Positions 1-12,360 of a stretch of 64,000 bases of DNA are shown here, piece by piece. Source of the stretch: Raja brachyura. Lineage: Eukaryota. The stretch is taken from contig OY740812.1 in assembly GCA_963514005.1 (NCBI GenBank), positions 12,958,001 to 13,022,000 on the forward strand, read 5' to 3'. The notes under the pieces were generated by a model. The model saw only the letters and a list, made by a program, of their open reading frames with translations. It searched no databases and was not told where the DNA came from. The position numbers were made by a program, and so were the translations under genes. Position 1 is the stretch's first letter, and every line of letters begins with the position of its first letter.

Positions 1-1793
1 GGCAGTGTGAACTGTGAAGAGGATGCTATGAGGATACAGGGTGACTTGGGTAGGTTGGGTGTCAGAGAATGCATGGCAGATGCAGTATAATGTGGATAAA
101 TGTAAGGTTATCCACTTTGGTGGCTAGAACAGGAAGGCAGATTATTATCTGAATGGTGTCAGGTTAGGAAAAGGGGAAGTACAACGTGACCTGGGTGTCC
201 TTGTACATCAGTCATGGAAAGTAAGCATGCAGGTACAGCAGGCAGTGAAGAAAGCTAATGGCATGTTGGGCTTCATAACGAGAGGAGTGTAGGAGCAAAG
301 AGGTCCTTCTGCAATTGTACAGGGCCCCGGTGAGTCCTCACCTGGAGTATTGTGTGCAGTTTTGGTCTCCTAATTTGAGGAAGGACATTCTTGCTATTGA
401 AGGAGTGCAGCGTCGGTCCACGAGGTTGTAGGGGTTTTCTCGTTTCCCACAAAAGGGATTCCCCTAGGTTCTAGACCTCGGAATTATGGTGGGATATGAT
501 CAAAGGTTGAATTGACCAGTGTGCTGATGAGAGAAAACAGAAACCAAGATGGACTCAAAGCAAGTCTAAATGTACAGGCTTTATTAAACAATGAGAAATC
601 GAATCTCACCAACACTACATAATACGTGGCTAAACTTATGCTTTAAACTAAGACTATGGAAGGAAAACTATCGGGCATGTCGTAAAACTTACTTTAACAA
701 TATTTTACTCCCCTTTCCCTTTATTTACTCAACCTCCTATCCTATTTAGGGAATTTCACCAAGTCACCAGGATACTCACAGCTAAGTCGATGCAGGCTCA
801 CGAGCTGTCCAGTAGAGCAGAAAGAGAGCAGGAAGAGCCGACAAGAGCAGAGAGCGAGTTCTGGCTGGACTCCTGTTTTATACCTGAGATTCCTTTGAAC
901 CCCCCAGGTGGTCCTCTGGATAAAAGGGCTTCTTTTGGTGTTTCCCAGTTTCGATCTGGCATGAACAATAGGCTTCCGATGATAAGGGGTTTGCTGATGT
1001 CATGATCCCTCAGCCTGATCGTTATCCCATCGCCTGGATGGGCTCCTATTGTCTTGATGGATGGGTCATCCACGATGGTGATTGTGCTTGTTGCTGGCCT
1101 GTTTACCACCGTCTGCTGAGGCTTGGTTCCTTCCTTTGTGTACCCAAGAAAATCTCGTTATCTCCGTCTCTGCCTTTGTTCACACCGTTGTGTGATGTCC
1201 AAGTCCACGGACCAGACGGTTTGAAACTTGAAACTGAGTCTTTCTGTGGATTGCGGGTTTTCCCGTTGCAGCCAGCAAATCTGTCTTTTTAAAATGTCCA
1301 TGTCCTTATCCAAGTTCTTCCATAATTTTGGAGGATTTGCCCCAATAACTTACAAGGTTCATTCCCGGGATGGAGCGACTGGGCTTGTACTCACTGGAAT
1401 TTAGAAGGTTGAGAGGGGATCTTATAGTAATATATAAAATTATTAAGGGATTGGATGCGCTGATGCAGGAAACAAGTTCCCGATGTTGGAGGAGTCCAGA
1501 ACCAGCTGCCACAGTTGAAGAATAAGGGGTAGGCCATTTGGAACTAAGATGAGGAAAAAAGTTTTCACCCTGAGAGCTGTGAATTTGTGGAATTCTCTGC
1601 CTTAGAAGGCAGTGGAGACCAATTCACTGGATGCATTCAAGACTTAGATAGGGCTAACGGAATCAAGGGATATGGGGAGAAGGCAGGAACGGGGTACTGA
1701 TTGTGGATGATCAGCCATGATCACATTGAATGACGGTGCTGGCTCGAAGGGCCGAATGGCGCACTCCTTCACCTATTGTCTGTGTATTTATGT
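1..1793 (+). mobile_element. CR1-type LINE, 3' part (RT C-terminus and 3' UTR), split by a solo LTR at 427-1354
   Basis: Codes for the CR1-typical [11 protein letters not shown] motif and ends in the CR1 tail (GGCTCGAAGGGCCGAATGG). It matches the copies at 4181-4485 and 39353-40528. Confidence 0.9.
427..1354 (-). mobile_element. Solo LTR (928 bp) of an LTR retroelement/ERV
   Basis: TGTA...TACA termini and a 4-bp TSD AGGT (423-426 and 1355-1358). On the minus strand: TATAAAA (882-876), then AATAAA (585-580). The CR1 sequence is continuous once the insert is removed. Confidence 0.85.
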
Positions 1794-2899
1794 AAAATGG
1801 TAAATACCAACAATTAAATATCTGCTGGTTGGGTAATCAGAAGATTCAGGCACAAGAGACTGCAGTTTTACTCCACTGATGCTGTCCAACCTGCTGAGTT
1901 TCTCCATCAGCTCTCCTTAATGCAAGCAGGAGATTCATCTCATTTGGTGCCAGAGCATGGCAACTCTGCATGTTGTTCCCAGCGGAGGACCTACTATCAT
2001 CCAATACAACTCGCCTACTCTAAATTTCTTTTTTTTAACCTGTAAATCTCACACCGTTTCTAGTTTTTGCTACAATGCAGAAAACTATAATCTGAACTTT
2101 ATATATTTTCCTTTGACTTGAGCTTGATGGTATTTTTGTATAGTATCATCTGATTTGATTGGATCGCATGCAAATCAAAGTTTTTCACTCTACTTCGGTA
2201 CATGTGGCAATTATAAACTAATCCCATTTTCTGGAGTAGCCCTTGCTTGATTCAAGCCAAACCTCCGATAGCCTAGAGAACGAGACAAAATAGGGTCAAC
2301 TATTAAAAGCCATCAACAAACGCCCTCGTTGGGAAGACGTCTGTAAGTTAGACCAGATTTCAAAGAGGATGCTGTCCTGATTGTGATTGGATGAAGCAAT
2401 GATATTCAGTACTTGAATGTTCAGTCGCTGCACGGTTTATTGGTTCACATGAATTACCATTTTGGTGACCAACTGAGAGGTCCGGGGGCTCATGGAAGAA
2501 GATTGGATATTTAGCTCCTCAGCTGTCCTGATCAACATGTCCTTGTACTTCCCAGTGTTAGAGCAGCACCCTGAGGAACCTCGTGTTACTGCAATCAAAT
2601 AACGGCATGGTTGTTTGGATTTGTAATGTAAAACTCCTATCTATCGTGCAAGCAATGAGTGTGGCACAGTGGATCATTGTAAATATTATGCAGAAAAGCA
2701 TTTGCTTTAGTTAACAGGACATCAATTTCAATAAAACTTGCAGGCCTGAAGAACTTCCCCCATCTTCTCCACTATCTAAGCTAACTTGTTTTTCTCTTTC
2801 CCAGTTCTGATGAAGGGTCCCAGACCTGAAACATTGTTTCTCTCTCCACCTAATCTGCAGCTTTTTTGCCATTTCTGTTTCATTTTATGATTTGAATCA

Positions 2900-3220
2900 T
2901 TTCACAGCCAATGAGATTTTTTTTTAGAATGCAGTTACTTCTGTAATGTAGGAAACACAGCAGCCAATGTGCAGCAAAGCCCCTGATGTTAACCAGGTAA
3001 TCTGTTTTAATGATGTGGATTAGCTAAGAGATAAATATTGAACAGGTTGACCCCGGCTCCTCGTCATGCTAGTGGGATGGAATCTTTTACCTATTCCTGA
3101 GAAACCAGGCAGAGCTGAAGGAGAGCATACACTCACTCGCTCTTCCCAGTAAAATTCCAGCCTTTATGTTCAAGTTTCTGGGGAGACTTAAATCCTCGCA
3201 AATGACACTAGCCCAGAATA
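2900..3220 (-). mobile_element. Degenerate Deu-domain SINE (SacSINE1/AmnSINE-like)
   Basis: Resembles the Deu-SINE core and the other copies in the window (3640-3980, 9340-9600, 34680-34990). Boundaries approximate. Confidence 0.5.
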
Positions 3221-4180
3221 ACAACTTGGTTGACGGAGATAAGTTGGGCCGATGGCCCTGTTTCCACATTGTATAGCTAAATGACAATCTGAGGCAGGAG
3301 TAGAGATGAGCACGATGGATGTGGGAGACTGTTTTTATGTTTATGTTCCATGTAATTCTTTAATTGGGATTTAAAAAAGCACACCTGAATCAATAATGTA
3401 TTGACTTTAAATCAGAATATGTATTGAATATTATTTGAAACTACTGTAATATTGCTTCAGGATATTTGGACAATATGAATAAAATGGGCCACAATAGTTG
3501 TGATTTGGTGATTGGAATTTCGCTTGGAATCATAGAATCAAATTGCATGATTAGTCCCAATTTCACTGCATTTCCTCTACGGTCATGCTAATAATGTTTT
3601 GGTACATTGTTGTAGCTTCAGGCTCCACCATGGAGAAATGACCAGCTGAGCAAACCTGATGTTCCAGTGCTCTTTTAAAGATGTACTGCAGTACTGCTGG
3701 GATGTTAAACCATGCCCTCCTATGCCTGTCGAATATGGTTGTAAAAGATTTCATGTCACTTTTCCCAGAGTTTTACTTGTCTTCTGGCCAACATATTTTA
3801 CAGCGAAACAAATTGTCTTTTTTATGAAATTTCCTTTTAAGCAGCCTAGTTCAGTTGTGCCCAAATCAGCCACTTTCTTTTGCTTGTTTTACAACTGTTA
3901 CTGCAATTCCAATTGCGGCACATTTGACTAAATCTCCTTGGAGCACCCTGAGAATGTAAATAGCATGAAACAAATACAAAAGCAAAATATCCCCTCCTTC
4001 ACTGAATTATTTTGATGCAAAGTCAGATATACTGAGCTCAGTTTTGATGGCTTTTATTAAAGTGATTCAATAGTACAGTGAATAATGGGGTGTTGTGTGG
4101 CATTCCGCTTAAATCATTGTAGTCTCGTGTTACAGGTTATTTAATTAATGGGAAGGTCCTGCTTTTAGTTAGATCAGTGA

Positions 4181-4485
4181 TTGAGAGGTCACAGTCTAAG
4201 GATAAGGGGGAATTCCTTTAGGACCGAGATGAGGAAAACATTCTTTACACAGAGAGTGGTGAGTCTCTGGAATTCTCTGCCACAGAAGGTAGTTGAGGCC
4301 AGTTCATTGGCTATATTTAAGAGGGCGTTAGATGTGGCACTTGTGGCTAAAGGGATCAGGGGGTATGGAGAGAAGGCAGGTATGGGATACTGAGTTGGAT
4401 GATCAGCCATGATCACATTGAATGGCGGTGCAGGCTCGAAGGGCCGAATGGCCTACTCCTGCACCTATTTTTCTATGTTTCAATG
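4181..4485 (+). mobile_element. CR1 LINE 3' end fragment
   Basis: Translates as RGHSLRIRG...FFTQRVVSLWNSLP, followed by the CR1 3' UTR and a (TTCTATGT)-like tail. Confidence 0.9.
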
Positions 4486-5379
4486 TTGATGGTAGCTTTA
4501 TTCATATTCAGTGTGATTGCTTGCAGGAGGCTTTTAATGTACCTTGATATGCAGAATATCTATTGGGCAATTGATGCTATTTCATAACACTCCTTTTGTA
4601 AATTTGCTACAAATGGCCATGTGATGTTGGACACAGTAATCCACCCTATTCTAACTTCAACACACAGTAGATATTTGCTAAATATTATCATGAATTCTGA
4701 CAAGGTCCATTCTTTCACATGGACTTTTGAACTTTTCATGGGTTCTTTGAGCAAGAGAATGACGTGAACATGACTTGATCTCAGTGATTATTATCTCTAT
4801 TATTATTATTGAAGGAGGGAGACTGGTGTCTATAAAATGCTTTAGCCTACCTTGTGTGGCCCTTCATTACGCCACACTTATAGCATGTAGAAGGGCAGCA
4901 GAAAAGACCCGCGTCCCCAAGATCCGATGTAGTCTGTGTGATTTCACAAAGTGAATGGTCTCCACATTAGGTTGGCTTGTTTTGATCTTATTCCTCGTGT
5001 AATGCCTTGGTGGATTGGTAGATTTTCATCAGGAGATTTGGATCTGGCAACGAGTCAGGACTAAATGGTGTGCTGGCTATTTATAGGGTGGAATTTTCCT
5101 ATTTCACAGGCTACAGTCTGGGAGCACAGTAAAGAAAATAAGGAAATGTGGCAATGAAGGGAATGCAATGCCAAGTGAGTTTGTTATTCCAAATGACATT
5201 TGACATGGTGTTTTTGCTGCATTATTACGAGGAATTTTCCATGATAGAGAACAGCAGCTCAATGTTCCAGTACACCAGACCAGCCCTGCGCATTCAATTA
5301 GATGCAGGCTAACATGCCTGGTTAAAAACGTAGTTAAAAGATAATTTTCTGAAGCTGCAAGGCTTTTAACTGAGTATAT

Positions 5380-5810
5380 AATAACAAGGAACTGCAGATG
5401 CTGGTTTACCAAAGAAAGACACAAAATGCTGGAGTAACTCACTGGGTCAGTCGGCATATCTGGGGGACGTGGATAGATAACATTTCCAGTCGGGGGCCCT
5501 TCTTCAGACTTGAAGACGTCAGAGACAAAAAATGATGTGAGACAAAAGGATCAAGTTATGAATTGTGAAGCTTGAGGATCAAATAGTTGTGAATTGTGAA
5601 GCTGGATTAAGGAATGTAGGGGTAGTGGAGAAATCAATGCAAGGTCAGCCAGGGTTCAGGGGAGGGGAGTGAAGGGGAAAGCAGGTTCAATGTTGGGTTG
5701 TAAGTTACCCAAGTAGAATATGAGGTGCTGTTCTTCCAGTTGCATGTGGCTGCACTCTGGCAATGGAGCAGGCCCAGGACCGAAACGTCAGTATGGGAAG
5801 GGTAGTTAAA
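5380..5810 (-). mobile_element. Penelope-like element 3' fragment (end of GIY-YIG domain plus pLTR)
   Basis: 5700-5800 is the reverse complement of sequence similar to 63780-63870. 5380-5510 is the recurrent pLTR with a degenerate CTGAAGA...GAAA motif. Confidence 0.7.
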
Positions 5811-5957
5811 ATACTACAATTTTCACTAGGTGTGTTCACTTGCATCTAAATAAATGTACAGGACTGGACTTTATTTATTTTTCCCCCTTTAAGTTAATAC
5901 TGGCTCCATTGTGATGTCTAGGATTCTAACAGTTTGCCATTGTGTTTATCTCTCCAG

Positions 5958-6186
5958 GAGCCTGGGGTGTACAGTGGTGGAGATGCTAACAGAGAAACCT
6001 CCATGGGCAGAATATGAAGCAATGGCTGCCATTTTCAAAATTGCAACTCAGCCGACAAATCCCCAGCTGCCTCCTCACATTTCAGATCACTGCAAGGACT
6101 TCCTGAAGAAAATATTTGTGGATGCCAAGCAAAGACCTTCAGCAGAGGAGCTGTTCAGAAACCCATTTGTGCAGATCATTCACTAA
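5958..6186 (+). CDS. MAP3K3: MAP3K3 (MEKK3) last coding exon, kinase C-lobe
   Basis: Acceptor tctccAG at 5956-57. Reads (W)[38 protein letters not shown]...IIH-stop (TAA 6184-86). Residues SLG, AEYE and NPQLP favour MAP3K3 over MAP3K2, and the CCDC47/TACO1 linkage agrees. Confidence 0.93.
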
Positions 6187-9100
6187 TGGAGGTCGTTGGT
6201 GTGCAGCTGGGATTTACTTTCGAAAAACTATCTTTTGGTTATTATGCCTCGTGCTTTATTCAGTCACTATACTCAGTAATGAGAGTGCCTATACCCAGGA
6301 AAGCAGTTTAGTCCAGGGGTATAGTATGAAGAGTAACTGGACATCTGTGGGGTTCTCGATGAATCTGTGGACACCACTGATGGGCTGTTCAGCAGAGAAT
6401 CGCATCTCGGCACTACGTTCCATCGGAGAAGGGCCGGCCGGATGGGGTGCAGCATTTGGAAGGAGCATTGAAGCAGCTCAATTAAAATTTGTGGTATAAC
6501 AAATATACGGAGCTAGAGATTATGACTGTGGTGCAAAGTATGCTATATCTTTGTGCATAATGGAAGTTACACAACCTCTCCGCAGAATATATTGAACTCT
6601 AGAGTATCTTACAAAACTGCCTTTTTTACTCTCCGTCCACCTGTCTTCATCTAGAATTATTCCATGTAGACAAAGCCTTCCACCAGGAGGTGTACTTTAG
6701 GTTTTCTAAAGGGGATTTGGCCTGTAGAATTTCACAGCTATTAGTCTAATTCTTTCTTCTAACAGAGGTGATATATTCTGTGTGTTTGTGTATGTGTGAG
6801 GCATCATGCACATACACACACACACCCCACATATGTTCACATGCATGTACATACATAATATGTATACCAAAGTCTGATTATTTTGATTCTATTTTTGCCC
6901 AACCTTGATTGTCCTCCTTGATCTGGTGAGATTTAGATCAAGTTAAACCATACTGTGGTTACCACATGTCTAATAACCAGTTGGAGCCTGTAGAATTCAA
7001 CAATTGTTGAATCCATTGTGCTTTCACCAATGTTGTGGGTCTTCATGTTGTCGGTGAGAAGGGCAGTTCATTTTTTGCACACGTTAAAGGTGCCAATCTT
7101 CCACAACGGAAAGAAATGTATTAATTCGCCCATTTTAACCCTGTGCCTTCAGGTTACTCTGTAAAAAGAAATAATTTATTGCGATTCTTACTTTTTTGAT
7201 CTGCCAGTGAATCCTTCAGTTCAACAAAGTAATGACACTGAAATTAATTTTAGAACTTGAGATTGTTGAATGACTCCATGCAGCAACAGAGCAGTAACCT
7301 CACTGAGTATTGCCTCTATGTAATTCAGTTACAACTTGGTGTGTAACTGACAGGATTTTGATGATTCTTTGGTATCTGTAGTGATGGGTAATTTAACTCA
7401 GTGCAATCAGTGTTTCAGTTTTATTTTGAAGATGCCAATACTTTTAGCCAACCCTGTTATAACCCTGCAGGTCTGCTGGAAAGCACTGAAAGACCATACT
7501 TACAGCACGTGTACAACGGTGTTAAATAATGGCAAGCAACATTCTCCACATAGCTATTATGGTTTGAATGAGTGTCTGCCCTCTATTCCTGGCAAGCCCA
7601 ACTGGGGCTGACGATGCCATTGACAATCTCATCATAAACACTATTTTTCATCCAGTTGATTTAAGCAAAATATCATAATGACCATGAGTTTTAAGCTTTC
7701 TCTCTTTAGTGTGGCAACCATGTCATGAAACAGACCTTGTACCACCCAAGTCTAACCTCCTATCCTCAGTGTTTTTGTGAATGAGAATCTATCTGCACAT
7801 TGCAGTTTTATTTTCATTAATTAAAGGAATGTTTGTCAGGACGTTACCACTGATATGAACCCCCTGTACACTATGATCAAATAGCAGTCATATTATTGAA
7901 ATGAAGGCCCCTGCCGTTGCCAGACTTTCTTGTGTCAACTGAGCATCGAGCTTCAGGAAAATTCTTGCATAGTGTTGGTATATTTTTAGAATGCCAGATT
8001 TAAATATCCACTGGCCAACGTGCTTCGAAATCTTCATTTAATCATCAAACTTATTGCTCGACATCATCAATCGATCACATTTCAAAAATGGGTGAGGCTT
8101 TGTCTGTGAATTCAGAAAGACAACAGTGACTTCAAACCAATTCTTTGAAAACTAGCCCCACCATCCCATCCTGACATAAGAATAACCAGTCCATTATTTG
8201 TGGTCTTCCAGTCTCATTTATTCCCAGAATGATTGTACCAGAGATATTGCCCATCACTGGAACCATGAGTTGTAAAACAAATGGACAGAGATCTCTCTCC
8301 CATTTTCTGAACAAGACGGCTATCAACTGCTATCAGCTCTGTGAAGAAGCACTTTCTTGAATGTATTTTGTACTGAACTTATTTTTTAACTTTCTCTTTG
8401 CTGATGTAATTTATGCCTCTTTATACTTTTATTTTTTTATTTATGAGATGCTATTTGGTTTAATATATGTATGTGTATATATCTATATATACATATATAT
8501 GACGCAAGACTGTTGCATAAATCTAATGCAATTACGGTGCCTTTAAGAAAAAGCAGCTGGTTTTGCAGATATTGGCAGGAGACTTTAAATACATTCTGTG
8601 CTATCCAGCATGTTGTGAAGTAATTTTCACCAAAATGGGAGCAAAGTGGAGAATGTGGTAGAGGTGCAGTTTTCTGAGTCTTCTACAGACTGGGAGTGTG
8701 CTAATTTTGTGTTAAGTACTTGTCATTAACATTAGAAATTATTATGCCAGAGGAATGCAAGAGTACAAATTTTGAAACTGATAACAGTTCTCAATTGAGA
8801 GCTGAAAGTATATTGTTTCACCGTTTGTCTTCATTAAGGTGTCAAATGTGTTATCACATGATAGTGGGCGACAGCATGAACAGCTTTCCTTGTCACTGTG
8901 AAGCTATGTCCCTAGCTTGGCCCAATGTTTTGATTCCAATCATTCTTGATACGACTGCACTCTCTTTGGCCTGTTTCCTTCAGTAATTGTTCTACTTCCC
9001 CCCCCCCCCCCCCCCCATATACTGCACAATTCTTATTTTACCCTCTTTACTATAAGACATATCTCCCCAACTTCCAAAATCCCCACAAGACGTGCAAGGG

Positions 9101-12100
9101 CATCTTTGATTATTTGAGGCTTAATTATCTATAATAAAAACAGAAAATGCCTGAAACACTCAGCAAGTTGAGCTGAAACAAAATGTATTTCTCTTTCCAC
9201 AGATGCTGTCTGACATGCTGACAGTTCTGTTTTTAAATCAGATTTGCAGCACCTGATTTTTTTTAATTGTTCATTGAATCATCTACCTCCACATTCTCAC
9301 ATACTACTGATTTAATCAGTAGTAGCTTGCATTTTTGGGTTTAAGTCCAACTCCAGAGAATTGAGCAAAAATAGGGTGACTCAACAAGGGGCACTGCACT
9401 TATCATGGTGGTATCTTTTGGATGAGATATTAAAAATGCTTTCTCAAACGGCTGTAAAAAAATTTCAGAGCACTATTTCAGATGAGCGCAAGGAGGAACC
9501 CACAATATCTGGCCAATATTTCCCAACAATCTACATTATCAGGCCACTATCACATTGTTATTTGTGTGTCATTATGGCACACAAATTGACCACCATTTTC
9601 TCCAGTGAGTTAAAACAGTGTCTGCACGTCAGAAGCTGGGATGGAGCATTGAGCTGGACAATGAAAGATGTCCATGTTTCACCACCTTTAAGCTTGAGTC
9701 ATTTTGCTTATCTCGCACTTGTTCATTCCGCCTCTAAACCCTCTGAAATTTACCAGAATATTCTTTACGCTATATTAGACATTCAGGAGATACACAATTC
9801 GAACAAGTTCCTTTCTGTTCTTTCCTGTAGAACATGAAAAGCCACCAATTCCCAGCTCTTTCATTTATTTTTCAGAGTTCGGAGAACAAGAAATTCTGTG
9901 CATTGCTGGTGTATGCAGGGTTTTGAAAGGTTGAGTATTGTTTTTCTCTGTAATGTTCAACAGCTGTAGGCAGGAAAGGGGAGTGATTATTCCTGGCAGC
10001 ACACAACCTGGTCTGCACAGAACATCTGCGTAAAGTCTTCAATCACGCGGGCATGGCAGGCTCAAAGAAGCATGAAAGGCTTGCGGTTTAGCCACTACAT
10101 TGTTTATAAATAATGCCTCCACACTATTCATATTTTTGATAAGTAGAAATGCATTTACACCATTTAATTTTTTTCCAGATTACTATTTTTCATGATACTT
10201 GAATGTTTTAATTGAAAATAGAGTCAGCCAAGTCTACTTTCCTTTCATCCTTTGGCACCAATTTCTCTCTGGCCTAACTGTTCCAAATCAAGTGTCTACA
10301 TTCAGTGAGACGTTTATAGGTTAATGTAGGTTGTTTCTTCAGATGGTTTCTCACAGCTGCCTTTGAAGGGATTAGTACTCTGAAGGGGTTTGATGCACTC
10401 AAACTGTGGTGACCTGTTACCTTTGAATCTTTGCAGCACTTCAGGTCCAGGAAGTACTTTAGACATTTGAAGTCACAATCAGACAACCTGTCTGCATTAC
10501 AGAGGCATCAGAAGGTGAAGGTCAGCTTTGAGATCAACAGTGGGAGAGCGATTTTTGTAAATATATTGGCCTGCAGCCTAGCACAGGTACATTTTGGTGT
10601 CAAAATCTAAGGATTTGTTTGATCAGAGTTTCCTTCCACAGCTCCAAATCCATGACAACCAGAGACCGAAACACCAGGCTTGCAGAAGCAGATGTCAGAT
10701 GATTTTGAGCATCTGGATCGCAATTTGCCATCTCCATTTAACTCTGTTCTTCACTCGGTGTTGGTTAGTTTGACCATGTATGACCAGAGTCTGAGAAAAT
10801 AATCTGTTGAACCCATTTTAATGATGCATCTTCTCTGGATGGTGTGGTGCAGTGCAACCAGTGCTTGAGCTTTGGATACAAACCAATGGCCACAAATCCC
10901 CTCAGTTTATGCCAGTGGGAAGGCATTTCCGAGTGAATTTTGGGATTGCAGGGTAGGCAGTCACCACATTAATCTCTTGCACACCTGGCTTGGGAAAGAG
11001 CTGCGGAGTTCTGGATGAGGGGCATTAAAACAGCCCCCCCCCCACCATGGTTACAGTGAGTTACATGGTGGAGGATCAAATCAAATCTGCCATCCTCCAG
11101 AAAAGTTGAAATATTCACTTCGCAAAGTAAAATAATTATAGTACTTTAAATTGCCAATGTAAGAAGAAATCATGTGCTTTCAGAGGCCCACTTCTGACTG
11201 AATGTTTGAATTACTCAGTGAATATTTTAATACCAAAAGTGCCCGGTCTTCACTTAGAAGAACCAACAGCAGACGGTACTGCTGTTGGTGTCCAAATATA
11301 TAACATAACCACAAAGCCAAAGACATTGTTGCATAGATGAGCCTGAACAGTACAGAATCATGTGACCCAAGTCCTCTCTTGACTTCATCTCGTCCTGTGC
11401 ACTACACGTGGAGTGGGCTGGGCACTTTGCATGCCCACATGCTTGCTGAAGAATCATCTTCCCCACTACCCCCACCTGCCATTTTCTTCTTCATATCTCA
11501 TGGGGGGTGGGGGGGGGTCTGCCATTTGAAATGTGACTGCACAAATCTTTTACCCAAGTGTGAATTATCACCTGAAACTGAAACATGTACATTTTGAACA
11601 GAACCCCTAGATGTAGTTGCTAATTGAGACTTGTAACAGGTAGTTTGGAGAGAGAAACTTTGGAACAGGTAGTTTGGAGAGAGAAACCCATACGGACCTC
11701 TGAAAATCTGCCATGGTTTTGCTAAGGTGCAGTGAGCCTGGAATATAATGACTTTTGTATAGTGTTAGAGGTATGGAGATATGTTGCAGCAAACTTGGAT
11801 GTGCTTTTTACTGCATTCCAGAATGGAAACTTAAGTCATGTATCATGCATATATCCCTCTTGGGGAAGATTTGCTCCATGATGCACTCAATTCAAACTGC
11901 TTGCACTCTTGGTTACAGAAATGAACACTGATAAATATCTATTTAATACTATTCACAAAAGTTTTTTTTTAAAAATGAGTATTGTTTGTCAGAAAGAGAA
12001 CCTTCGCATATTGCCAACTCCCAGGCTGGAGAAAGATTGCCATAGTTTGATACTTTGGTGTATATAATTATAAATGTTGTTTTGCAGAATATATGCTTGT

Positions 12101-12360
12101 ACAGTTCTATATATTTGTACAATGAAGTGCCACAATGCAGTTTTTCACTGCGGCTTTTACAGTTTAGACTCCCGGTCTTCTAACGGCTGATGGATTCATT
12201 ATGGTCATTCGGACACTAGATCAGATTTTGGTTTGTTTGGCAAGTGTCCAATTTAATTGAGCTGGATGGATCATTTTCCCATTTCCTATCCATCACAATG
12301 GCTTGTGTGTTTGTTTTTCACTGATTGGCAAGCACAACTATAAATTTGGAAATAAAATTG
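6187..12360 (+). other. MAP3K3: Probable long MAP3K3 3' UTR with candidate poly(A) signals
   Basis: TE-poor with AU-rich blocks. AATAAA at 9133 and 12351, the latter followed by a U-rich tract. The true end is not determinable from sequence. Confidence 0.5.
9340..9600 (+). mobile_element. Degenerate Deu-domain SINE
   Basis: GCACTATTTCAGATGAGC...TGGCCAATATTT...CACATTGTTATTTGTG resembles the Deu-SINE core. Confidence 0.55.

Noticed and set aside
5958-6186. MAP3K2 as an alternative identity
   Set aside because: Diagnostic residues and linkage to CCDC47/TACO1 favour MAP3K3.
9302-9324. Perfect 11-bp palindrome TACTACTGATT-T-AATCAGTAGTA
   Set aside because: Short and isolated, with no supporting context.
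11635-11687. 24-bp tandem duplication (a similar 20-bp one lies at 49123-49162)
   Set aside because: Ordinary slippage or repair duplications. Only two units, so not a CRISPR-like array.
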